Below, in pieces: positions 44,991-56,392 of a stretch of 56,392 bases of DNA; position 1 is the first letter of the stretch; each line of letters starts with the position of its first letter. Under the pieces are notes generated by a model. The model ran no database searches and was not told where the DNA came from. It saw only the letters and a program-made list of their open reading frames with translations. The translations under genes and the position numbers were made by a program. The DNA comes from Nemertoderma westbladi (Eukaryota > Animalia > Xenacoelomorpha): assembly GCA_032718475.1 (NCBI GenBank), contig JAUCBJ010003928.1, forward strand, positions 1 to 56,392. Direction: 5' to 3'.

Positions 44991-47705
44991 TTACATATTA
45001 TAACATATTATAAGATAAATTGCATTTAATGTTGCTCCAACCTTCCCCAATATTAAGTTACATTGGAAAGTGTACCCCTCTAATTGTGAACTTATGTCAT
45101 GTCGATTGGTGTTGGGGTGATACACACTTATTCTCACCCATACAGTAGTTTCACTTACAGTTTTTTGCGATATTTATCGGGGCACTACAATCCGTAGCAC
45201 AACGTTCTACCACTTACTTACAAAACTTTACTACAAAACAAAACTTACTTTATTTATTCTTGATTATCATGATCGACCATGATCATTCGATGATGTTTTA
45301 TTTGATGCTCGTTTTCAGTGCCAATATTGACTAATATCATTTTAAGTGATTAAATATACGAATGAATGAATGAATATGGTGGGCGTGGTAATTAGACCTA
45401 CTTTAGATCCCGCGGGACTACAGATGTCACAGAATTTAGTATAGTTACCGGTAGTCCTACTGTAGACTGCCCACGTATTGGGTAAGTGGTACTGTAGGTT
45501 TTCTTAGTCAGGTCCTACAACCTCTAATTAATTGTCATGTATCCTATGCATCATATGCATCATATGTGTCATGCATCATAATCTATAAAAAATTTTAAGA
45601 GGAAATTGTTTCCATTATTGCCCAATTTAAATTCGTGGTTGGAACGTAACTCCTTAATCTGCAAAAGCTGTCAGCTGGAATCTAACGTCTCGCTTTTTTA
45701 TGAGGCGGGATCTAGGTTTAACCATCCGAGAACGACCTGGTATACCCGCATTTATGGAACAACAATGCGACCCTATACAATATAATTGGATTGTTTCAAC
45801 AAAATACAACCCACTTTCTTATATATTAAGAATGATGAATATGTTCGTTATGTGTGTTCTAATACAGTATTAATAATAATCATATAAAAAAAAAGTAACA
45901 CCAATGACGCTTAAATCAACTCAATAAATTAGTGTATTGTTAAAACAGAAACTCCAACAAGCAACCTAATGCCATTGTTGTAAATTGCACATAAGAATGA
46001 AAAGAACAACAACCGTCACCGTCACTAGGACTACAAGGATTTAATTACTAGCAAACTTGCGAACCGGAACCGCATTAATAACACAAAATAATCACAAAAA
46101 TACTGTAAAGATCGGAAATAAAGTGTAGTGCCTACATTGGTATGCACTAGGGCGGTGCGTTTTTTACTTTTTTTCGATTTCATTGTTCTACCGGTGCGCA
46201 AAAGTTGCCAAATGGTAAAAAAATAAGGCAACAAAATTTCTATAAATTTCGTCTATATCTTCACGGATTCCAAGGGGGTTGAAATTTTGAGCCATCGTGA
46301 TGCACCACATTGAAATTTATAACAATATTACACATTGATGAAAGATCAATGACCCGAGAAAACATTTCCTGCATGCATCAAATGAGTCCAAACTTAGATA
46401 GATACCAAAATTTTAATTTTGGGATCAAGGGTAATAGTGCCACAGGCACATGGCCAGTTCTCGCGATTTTTTCGCGATGGACAACTATTATTTATTCTAC
46501 TGCATTAATATTATGCTCATTAGAAAAGCAATGACCGATTTAGTTGGGGTGGACACCGTCAAAACAAGCGTAGAGCGAATAGTTCTTGAGATATCGCAGA
46601 AAATGTGAAATGTTTAACTGAAAATGGTCTGGATCCATTTAAACTAAAAAGGCCCAAAAAAAGGCTTTTTTGGGCCTTTTTGATGAAAAAGGGCTCCAGG
46701 GCATTTCCAGCCAAATTTTATCAGAAGAATTATGGACAAGGGTATTCTGAACAAGTCTACCAAATTTCATTTCAGTTAAAATTAGCGGAGAAATAGCCTT
46801 TGTCATGAAAAAACGTCATTCTGAGATAAAGGTGTTTAAAGTTTAAGGAACAATTCAAACCTTCCTGCTATTTTAAATAATACCAATTTTTCAGACTAGT
46901 TATTACGTTTTGGCTACTAACTTGAGTTTGGAAAAAGATATGAGAAAACTGCTTGAAAATTTGAAATCTCCATTAAATTCGGCACATGATTTATCCAATC
47001 ATGATCAAAGTTTTTCTGACAATTTTCAAAATATGGGTGGGGGGGGGGGGGTAGCAAGACACACGGCATGCAGCATGCAGCATGCATCAAACTCGTGCGT
47101 ACAGAGTAAAACGTACAAAAACAAAACTACTTTTGTAATAAATGAATCATGAATTGTAATACCCAAATAAATAAAATGATTGACATTATTGTCAAAAAAA
47201 ATTATGGATAATTATTTATTATTTTATAGGGAGTCTCGGCTTGCTTGGCAAATTGTACATCTTATTAAAAAAAATTAAGTTATTCTCCATATATCAAATT
47301 AGTTATATTTAATATATTTAATTTACAATCAAAGCGGAATAAATTTATTATATAAGAGTTATTTCAGTTTAGTTATATTATTTTATATATTTTAGTTACT
47401 TCACATTGATAAAATCTTGTTGAAATGCGGATTTATTTTAGTTTATTTTTTAATATTATGTCATTAAGTATTAATTTAATATAATAATAATAAAAATAAT
47501 TATATCAATATGTATTATATCTTAAGTACTTTTTTATTTTGTTAATTCTTATTATTTATGAATATACAATTTATTATTTAGGGTCTTTAAAATTTTTGTG
47601 TATCTAGCTTATTACTTATATTCTAAGTCATCAATATATAATAAAAATATATAAATGATAGAATATATTGATGAACATAAAGTAAACCAGCCAACCCTCA
47701 AAGTC

Positions 47706-48887
47706 TCATCCATCATGATCGCCGGCATTGGGATCTATTTTTAGACTTTTACTCTTCCTGCATAATTTAGCTACTATTTTAGGAACAATATTCGCCCGAA
47801 ATAGTAGAATCCAGAGTAACTCAAAGAATTCAAATAGTGTAAGCAGACTCATTCCGATCCAAAGGCCTAAAGCGCCCCCAATGTTGCTAAGTAGATCCTG
47901 CCACAAGTACTTCGGGGACTCCGTTATAGTATCAACATCCATTGTCTTTATTGCAACCTCTAGACTTGCCACATTATTTCTAAGCGATTTTAAAATGTTC
48001 TCCTGAAATAATTTGATGTCTGATTTGGATTTAAAGTTCTCTATGCATTCGTCATAAAGAAATTGATCTTTAAAAGTATTACGACATGCTTTCTTTGTTT
48101 CATCAATAAGCCATTTTGTTAAACCATCATTTTTTTCGCTTAAAAGTTTTATCATGACGTGTGCGAAATATTTTTGTGCTGGCCATAATGATTGGCTAGA
48201 AGTATCAATATCATAATGGGTTTGATTACATGATCGCAGACATTGGTGGCATGTGTAGTTGTCAGCCGAAGCGATAAACATTTCTCTTATACGTTTTGGA
48301 CAGTCCATATTATTTATTGAAAATTCAGTTTTCACGAAACTGCAGACAGGATGTCCATTTATGAAGTAATCGTCAACACACCCACACTCTTCCAACATCT
48401 TCTTTTGCACACAATATTGCCTACATAAGTGAGATGAATAACCATATTTCATGTTATTATATTTAGTGTACTCGTGAAGGACTTTAATGATATTTGTTTT
48501 ATCTAAGCACTGAATGTATGGTGGTGGTTCTAGTACAGTGATGGTTTTCGTTATAGACATATGGGTATGTCTTCCAGGTAGAATAGTAATACCATCAGAA
48601 AAAGGGTTAGGATGTTGTGAAGGTGAGTGGACTGACACTCGAATACCTGTAGTATGTGACATTAGCCCAATATATTCACTGGGTTCCACATTCAAGGTCA
48701 GCTTCAATCTTTGTTCAAGGTATTTTGTTTCGTGTGGATTTGTTCTAGGGCTATCTTCTGATCTGGCATTGAAGGTGAAACAGTTGCCATAATTCTTGTC
48801 TTGGAATGTTTGGAAGTCATGGCATGGTTTATCGTCAAAGCTGCAATGCAAAACCATGTCCTTAAATTGATGGCCCATTCCTTTAAT
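47706..48887 (-). CDS. ENaC/DEG family sodium channel, exon 2 (extracellular domain, TM2)
   Basis: ag|IKGMGHQFKDMVLHCSF, YGNCFTFN, Cys-rich thumb, LLSNIGGALGLWIGMSLLTLFE (GxS filter). Confidence 0.93.
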   Translation of the reverse strand: MKGMGHQFKDMVLHCSFDDKPCHDFQTFQDKNYGNCFTFNARSEDSPRTNPHETKYLEQRLKLTLNVEPSEYIGLMSHTTGIRVSVHSPSQHPNPFSDGITILPGRHTHMSITKTITVLEPPPYIQCLDKTNIIKVLHEYTKYNNMKYGYSSHLCRQYCVQKKMLEECGCVDDYFINGHPVCSFVKTEFSINNMDCPKRIREMFIASADNYTCHQCLRSCNQTHYDIDTSSQSLWPAQKYFAHVMIKLLSEKNDGLTKWLIDETKKACRNTFKDQFLYDECIENFKSKSDIKLFQENILKSLRNNVASLEVAIKTMDVDTITESPKYLWQDLLSNIGGALGLWIGMSLLTLFEFFELLWILLFRANIVPKIVAKLCRKSKSLKIDPNAGDHDG

Positions 48888-49381
48888 CTAAAAGGCAAAC
48901 ATTAAAAGTTATTGTTGATATGTTTTCTATCCACGGCATTTATATAAAAAAAATTTAAAATAAATATTTTTTCAAAATCTCTATGAAATACATGACATGT
49001 TGTTTATGTAAAACAATATGGTATCCATATTGGTAAATTTAATGATTCGTGGTTGGTATTTGATAGTTGTGTTGAAATATCAATGGCATATGCAGTCATG
49101 GGAAATCCAAATAACACTGTAAGTGAACGTCAGTTATTGAATACCAGTACAGAAACCACAGAAACCGATGGTGGTATAAATTAGTATTATTCACTATTAA
49201 TATCAGTATTATTACTATTGTACTCTTCTATTTATTCTACATGTTCTAGAACTACTCGGATTAGTTTAGTTACTAATGCTTGTGGCTAATGCCATGCATT
49301 ATCAAATCTGGCCCAATAGTAGAATAAAGTAAATGTTACTGTGGAATTTGTAACCTTTGACCTCTTATGTTTTCACCTTAC

Positions 49382-50230
49382 CTGAAATCCTGGCATCATT
49401 ACAATATTTGACACATCACTAAAATCAAATATTTTTGAATTTAGCCATGCATCAAGGAATATTCTCGAACTAACATCAGTTGCAGTACAGTCAGATTCAT
49501 CTGCCCTGTTACCACAGTCATCATGTGTATCACATTTTTGTCCAACCGGGTAGCAAATATCTGTGTCTGGTAAGTTGCATGGCAGCAAATCAACCATACC
49601 TGTTTGCACATCCATAAACGATACATCACCACCATTTGCTTTCAGGTTTTGAAGAAAGGTATTGCCAATTAGCTCCTTGGTAGAACATTTGAATAAACAA
49701 CCACGTTCATCGGCATTTGTGGTGCAGTCACCAAGCCCATTACAGACAGAAGAAGGATCCTTACATTCCCCTGTTCCATCGGCACAATCAAATTTATCTC
49801 CCATACAAGGTGCGTGAGAATCCACATTCATGTTTTCATTATCCAATTCATAAAGAAAAAGTGAAAATGCTAGCTGATCCACGTTAAGAAGATCTCCATA
49901 TGGCCGGATGCTTTCTGATATTTCCGCTGATTGTTTCAATGATGTCATTTTGATATTATTTTCATTGCAGATTGTTACTCCTGGAAATTCAATTGAAGTT
50001 GATGTCTCAGTTTTTGTGGAGAGAGTTGTCGGTAACTGACTGTAATCCATAAGCAACAAGCCGACTTGGTACAAATAACCACTAAATCCCCCCATAAGTA
50101 GAAACATCCAGACAACACCCCACACCCGATTAGGGGAGTTGATAATTCTAGGAGCGCCATGAAGAGTGACTCCCTCTATGAATTGTCGGCAAATGTAGGC
50201 TACTGAGAGTTTTGAATTGTTTTCTGTCAT
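49382..50230 (-). CDS. ENaC/DEG family sodium channel, exon 1 (HG motif, TM1, two LDLa-like modules)
   Basis: TLHG, TM1, FPGVTICNEN, C..DKFDC...G.C.....VCNG..DC...ADE..C and C.....KCD...DC...ADE.DC; the phase-0 donor gtaagg joins exon 2 (~676 aa in total). Confidence 0.92.
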
Positions 50231-52089
50231 TCTTATCGTTTTCTGCTTATATATTCGCAAAGTTATACAAAATAATATATTAAATATTAAACAGAATACT
50301 TGGGCTTCAAATCAAAATTTAAACGGATTATACGATAAGTAAGTTAATCTAGAGAAAACTGGAAAAACTAATATATTTAAATCTATCTACTCTTACAAAT
50401 ATTAATCCAAGTAGGACTTACGATTTATAATTAGTATATTTATGTTAAATAATAATATTATAAATACACCCCCAAGCGGGGTAAATCGGTACCGATTAAA
50501 ATGTGTAAAAATATGGATTCTTTATAAAATTCATACATGATGTTCATTCATAAAATAGTATTATAATAAATATCTTAAAAGTTATATAAGGCAGATAGGG
50601 AGGGACATTGTGAGCAACTAAAGTCGTGGTATCTATCATTGGCGGGGTCGAAACAGAATCTGCAGATGCATCCGGTTGTAGAGGGCTGGAAAGAATATTT
50701 ATGTTTCATGGAGCCGTAATCGTTTGGGATGAGAAGTATGTTTCTACCTTCCCTATATTGCCGATTATGTGGGCATGTGTGAGCAAACCTATGTACAAGA
50801 GTGCTGCTACATTGACAGGGACAGCACTATAGTGCCATTCTGCAAAGCAGAATGGTACATAATGCTTGCAGAACTAGAAATAAAGCCACCCCAAATCACT
50901 TTGGCGGCGATGTTCACAAGAGCAGCAGCGGGTAGCGGAATGTCCACAAGGTCACAAACATGATGTCACTGAATGGATCTGTACGTTTTCAGTTTCTGCT
51001 ATATGGGGTTTTATTGATAATTATGAGTACATGATAATTATAACTATAAAGTTTTATTATTTTTTAAGTTTTAATGATTTAATATAATGAATATGGCAAA
51101 TTTCTATCATGTTTTATAAAATAATAATGTTTTTTTATTGGGAAACGCTGGACCCTCTTAATGTTATTTATTTATGTTGTTAGTTGTGACTTTTAGAGTC
51201 GAGTGAGTGCGTGCGATAACTAACTAGCTCTCAATATTTAATTTAAAAAAGCAAAAAATAATTTTGCATCTCCCTCCGAGGTTGTGCTGTGAGCTTTTAC
51301 GGTTTTAACCGTAAAGAAGCAGGATCCTCCGTGATGTAGTGATGATAAACTTGCCTTCAGAGAAGGTTTGATTCCATACTCCTTGATGGAATATTCTTCT
51401 ATACTGCTAAGTAATATACCATCCAATGTTTCTAACATTAAACTCAGATCATCAGCAAAGTCAAAGCCCATCAAGTTTATTGGCGGTTTACTTTACTGAG
51501 AAATATTAAACTAGGTAGTAAATTACGGTCTCACTACAAGCCATAGGGGTTCATTTATTAATTCTACCCCCACCAACCCCCCCCCCCCCCCCCGTATCAG
51601 ATTGATGCATTTAATTTGATAATAAAAAATTATTCTTTTGATAATTTAATCAATAAAACCCTTTTAATACTGTATATTAAAATTCACATAAACGACGAAA
51701 ATAATGAACTCGTTGAATAAGTTAGTAGTTATATAAAATCGTAGTTAAATAAAATCGTCATATGACGCCTATAGATTGGTACCTAGCTATAGTAGGTCAC
51801 GCGACATCGCATTCAATATTACCTTTAACTATTTTCCTACTGGACTCATTATTACCGTGGATTCAAATCAACACACTGGACAAGCGATAGCCACTAATAA
51901 GACAGTTAATAAATTGTAGCGTAAATTCTTATTATGTGGTTACAGTCCAATAAATGCATCAGAACCAGAGCAAGCAGTCAAGTTTTAATAAGATCTGAAC
52001 GGACATTTAAAGGACATTCCGAAACACAAAGTAGCTGGACTCCTGACGCGAAAATTCTACAAAAGTCTTCAAAATGCCCCAATGCAGCG

Positions 52090-52560
52090 GGCGTGCATTA
52101 AGTGTGCTATGCCGGCTTATCAACAAAATTGCAACGCCACAACTCCCTATCTTGACATTCGCGAAATTATCCGCTTCTGTAAAGCCAGTGTCCTTTAGGA
52201 GGCGTCTCACAAAAGTCATAGGTTGTCCACCATGCTTGTGTTCTCCATGGGGCTGCTAAAGCACAAGATTGTGCACAGGCTGGTCCTAATGGAGAAAACA
52301 ATGTCCTGCAAAGCGGAGGCGGCTTTATTCTACGGTCAAGCTTGGGGGAACCAATGAGACACCTCCAATGTTATATAGTGTCTGGTTGGAGATGTGTGCA
52401 TTGTACTTGACACAATGAACCCGACGTATGCATTCCTAAACTACATCCTTATCAACAACAATTTTGGGATAATCACAATTACAGTAACTGCGAGGCAGAA
52501 AGCTCGTTCAACCTTATTGGTTCGGACCACCGAAACAAACATGGCACTGAAGGGCCATTT
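52090..52560 (-). pseudogene. Decayed RTE LINE 3' fragment
   Basis: RLRFAGHC and QPHG....G.P.TF...L.KDTG, matching the C-terminus of the 17046 element. Confidence 0.65.
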
Positions 52561-53402
52561 AGGCAATATTTTTTTTTATTTTTAAAAAACTTAAACTTCG
52601 AAATACGAAGTTTAAGACAAAAAACAAAAAAGCATTACACTTCGTAATACGACGTTTGTGACCAAAGAAAGGTCTTAAAATTACGAACTTCAATTAAGAA
52701 CAAATAAATAATCTAAAAATTAGATATTGGACAAAAAAATAGGCCCATGTGAAGTATACCAGACTTTCTGCCGTTATATTTCACTTTGCAGTTACCCCCA
52801 TGTGAAGAATACCAGGTTTTCACCAAAAATACAGGTTACAGAAGGGCGGAATCTAACCAAAACAATAAACAAATTAGTATATGTACAGGTTATAAGACAG
52901 AAATAAGCGCTATAAAACACTTAATAAAGATAAATTAAAAAAAATAAAAAATCTTCATACAGTATATAAAATTCCAATATAAAGTCGACCGAAAAGTGAA
53001 ATCCTGGTATTCTTCACATGGGCGAAAAAATATCGTTCGGGTTGTTCATGTTCATGGTGATGTGGTCAATGGAATAAAAACAACCCCATTCGGACCCACA
53101 CAAAAAAATTGTAAAGGTTTTAAAAAGATTTTAAAAATTGGTGCTAATTGTCTTATATCCCTCGAGAATAAATTAATTGTTGTGGGGTGAGTGACGGTGA
53201 ATTAAGTATATATTGTAATAGGACAATGTGATAATGGCATCAGGTAATACGGTAGTGCTTAGGCACCAGGTACTACAGTACTATGGTAGTATTAACCGCC
53301 TAGGCAACTGGAACTACCCTCAGGCACCGGTACTACTACCCTAAATTTATGACAAATTAAACTTTTGCACTGCATGTACGCGTACGGTCATACTAAACTC
53401 CC

Positions 53403-53498
53403 ATAAGAACCCAATAGAACCCAAAAGAAGCACCCAATAGAACCCAAAAGAACCCAAAAACACCCAAGAGAACCAAAAAGAACCCAAAATAACCAAAT
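53403..53498. repeat. 10-bp tandem repeat (GAACCCAAAA variants)
   Basis: Direct inspection. Confidence 0.8.
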
Positions 53499-55669
53499 AT
53501 GCGTGTATGTATAATGAATGCAGTTATGCCGATTTGTTCAACTTAACTGTAATCAATAATCTCATACTGTAGCATAAAATCATTGAAAGTATTTTCACCA
53601 TGAAATTGGTTAATATTATTGCCTTGCGCCAGCTAGATTTGTAATTAATTTAAGTAGGATTAGGGATACTTTTATTAAACTAAAATATTAACATTATACT
53701 GTAATAGGCCAATTGAAAAGAACAAAAGGAATATAATTGCACAATATTATAGGACAACATCAAAATAGCGACAGGTTTCAATTATTGCACGGAGAGGAGA
53801 AAATTACGTAATAGAGTGTTGCTACATAGCACAATACAAATGAATCAAGCACAATGGGCAATAGTTAAAGTTTGTGGGGCGAGCGACGAAAGTAAGCGAG
53901 CTTAGCATACAGGTACCACTAACTCAATCGGTGTGTCTGTTGCTCTGTTGTTCTGTTGTTCCGTTGCTCTGTTGTGTCCAATTTTAAACGTTAATAACTC
54001 AGCCAAATCTCGATAAAATATATCCAAACTTGGTACATATGTAGTCTGGCAAAAGTTTAGAAATTTTCCAAGTTGAATTTGCGTGGGGTCTTCGTGCAGC
54101 ATCTGTGTAACTGTCTTGCAGTTATAATAAATTTATCTACCCAAAAATTATTAGGCTTGGCACCAGCTGGTTGCTAGGAGACTGCAACACTGCAGGATAT
54201 ATCAGGTGGGTTTGAAATTCAGCAATACCGGTACAATGCAGCAATAATGTGGCCTTGGGAAGTGTGGTAGGCCTATTTCACTTTCAGCCATTCCAGCATT
54301 TCCAGATTGCAGAGTTCAGAGTACGACACCGGTACCATGAGATGCCTGTACTCAGTACCGGTACTGCTCACTGATGTTGCTGTATGTGGTTGGTCTAGCT
54401 TTCTAGGCTGGTTTTCAGTCTGTCAGTGTGGTACTGCTAGGTGCCCCAACAGCCCAATACTGCAATACCCAGCAACGTTTGGAATTGTACCGGTACTCAA
54501 ACAACTCACCATCAAGGCCACCGCCTCTGTCTGTCGCAGTGTCGTTGGCGACCTCGACTTTTGGTATCGCTACTGCGCTAGCGTTACGGGCAAACTGGAC
54601 TAACCAATGAGCGAGACCCGAGGACTGAAGAATGCATTGAATTTTTTGAGTAGTTTGACATCGATGCCAAGCAGTCAATGCGAAAAATTTTTTTAAGTAA
54701 AAGTTTGGTTAAATTTTCTTAATTATTTATTTAAATTTCTTAAGTGCCGATTTTGGGATAGAATTTCTCAATTTTAATCTGTATCTAATAACTGACCCTC
54801 GTCCTGCGCGATGGCCCCAGGAACGTGTAAGGTAATTTCTAATTGCAGTATGTATCCCCTATAGTACAGCATTGCAATGTCCTATCCGCATGTCAGTTCT
54901 TTATCGACGAATCCCAGGGTGTGCCTTGATCGCCGGCCGCCACGAAGGTACATTGAACTCTTCTGGAGGAGCACGAATTGCAGACGCCGCCTCACTCTTC
55001 CCATAACTCTTTCAAGGCCCCTCTCCCACTTCCCTTAGTGTATAGCGACGGCAGCCTTTATGAACGCTAATGACTTTGATTCTTGCATTGTCTAATAAAC
55101 AGCCCCGGATCAGGATCACTTATTTTCATTTGACCTGAAAGGGTCCCACCATGGATTCGAGTAGGTCCACTAATACCTCGCGGCCTTCATCATGTCGCTT
55201 TACGACATGCCCCCCCCTGGCCTATTTACAGCACAGCGCATGTGATGTAGAGAATTTATCCCCACAACCCTTATGGCATTGGCACCATTGGGGGGTGGGT
55301 GTATTGGAAGGCCATATTTTGCTAGGTTGTTAGGTTTATAGGGGCCTCGGGGATATTTTTACAGAATAAATTTTATTTCCTATTAAATCACTTATATGTC
55401 CGTTTATTTAGACTTTTGGTCCATTTTTTTAGTTTTATTTTACCGATTTAAGTTCTCTGGTACTACTGAGCTGTTCTCTTAGGCCATCATTACCAGTATC
55501 AATATAAGGAAAGAGTGGTGTAAAAGTAATGCCTAAACCCTAGAAAGAATAATATTGCGGAACTGCAATGCTTAGGCCTACTGATACTGTGAAATTTACT
55601 ATCACTATTATTTATATTTACTAAAAAATGAATTTACTAATTATTTCAGAATTTTAGTACTGTAGTCTA

Positions 55670-56392
55670 TTTTAACGAGGCGCTGAAGAAGAAAGTGGTT
55701 AGACCTTCGTTCCAAGGTTGTGGAACAGATTCTGCATCCGATCTCCTCCAGGAATACCGCCATTTCTGGGCTGGACCATCCAAAGGTCTCAAAAGCTACA
55801 GGGCAGAATATGTATCCTCACTTTACCAACTCCTCATATTTGCGGGATTTAGCAACTTCCGCTTCCACGCGACCTCCACCGGATTGACTTGTGGCGATAT
55901 GGCTGGGTGCGAGCAAATCCCACACTGTGGCGTCCCAACAGAGCATGCAGCCACCCATGGTTCTATGAAATAGCAGTTACCCAATCAACCCGCGTCCCAT
56001 TGCCTCGACAAAGACCTTACGGTTCCAGTTTAGCCGGAACTCCACAGCTGGCCAATGACCACTTTACAATGTCATTGATCATCGTGTGTCTGGGGTGTCA
56101 ACCAGCACTTCACTGACACAATAAACCATGTAATCCAACCGACTCTGGTTTACCACAGCGAGTGCAACTGTGGGGTTTGGTAGCCTTGCATCCGAGTTGC
56201 GTGACGATGGAGATACGAAACTGCGACTTGCTGAGTTTCAGCCCGAGGGAAGCTGCCAGGACTGCGTCAAGACAACATCCAACAACACTGCAGTTGATCG
56301 AGTTCAGTTGCGCGACTTCAGATGGAGTGGACGATGAGTGCAGGTTCATTAGGTTTTCCTAGATGGAAGGGCGCAACCACACACTCTGTAGG
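55670..56392 (-). pseudogene. Decayed CRE-clade non-LTR retrotransposon (zinc knuckle plus restriction-like endonuclease), runs off the window end
   Basis: LGLKL...PHSC.RCG....GLHGLLC...RH..IN.IV...LEP.GL.R...WDATV...K.RKY..L...Y.F.PVAFETFG...FLLQRL, with stops and frameshifts. Confidence 0.8.

Overview
AT-rich, intron-containing eukaryotic DNA, most likely from an invertebrate animal (inferred from the ENaC/DEG, TMEM181 and GNL1 genes plus BEL, RTE and CRE retroelements). Host genes: (1) the last three coding exons of TMEM181 (+); (2) an intronless GNL1 nested antisense in the last TMEM181 intron; (3) an intronless 336-aa ORF with a PH-like C-terminus; (4) a 10-exon, ~542-aa ankyrin-repeat gene (-), reconstructed with consistent intron phases; (5) a 2-exon ENaC/DEG channel carrying two LDLa modules (-). 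The left part holds a young 12.3-kb BEL/Pao-type LTR element (2790-15112, -, 5-bp TSD GCGGC). It keeps an open Gag-protease ORF but has lost RT, most of RNase H and integrase through in-frame deletions, and carries an extra zinc-knuckle ORF. It has no tRNA-type PBS; the PBS position is instead complementary to its own LTR, suggesting self-priming. The most striking small feature is a tRNA-like Pol III cassette (A box, B box, T-run) whose anticodon arm is replaced by a complete minimal hammerhead ribozyme, lying in sense orientation in an ankyrin-gene intron (37921-38020). Also present: a solo LTR, decayed LINEs, non-autonomous DNA elements, a 223-bp palindrome and several minisatellites. All family assignments come from motif recognition by eye; no searches were run.
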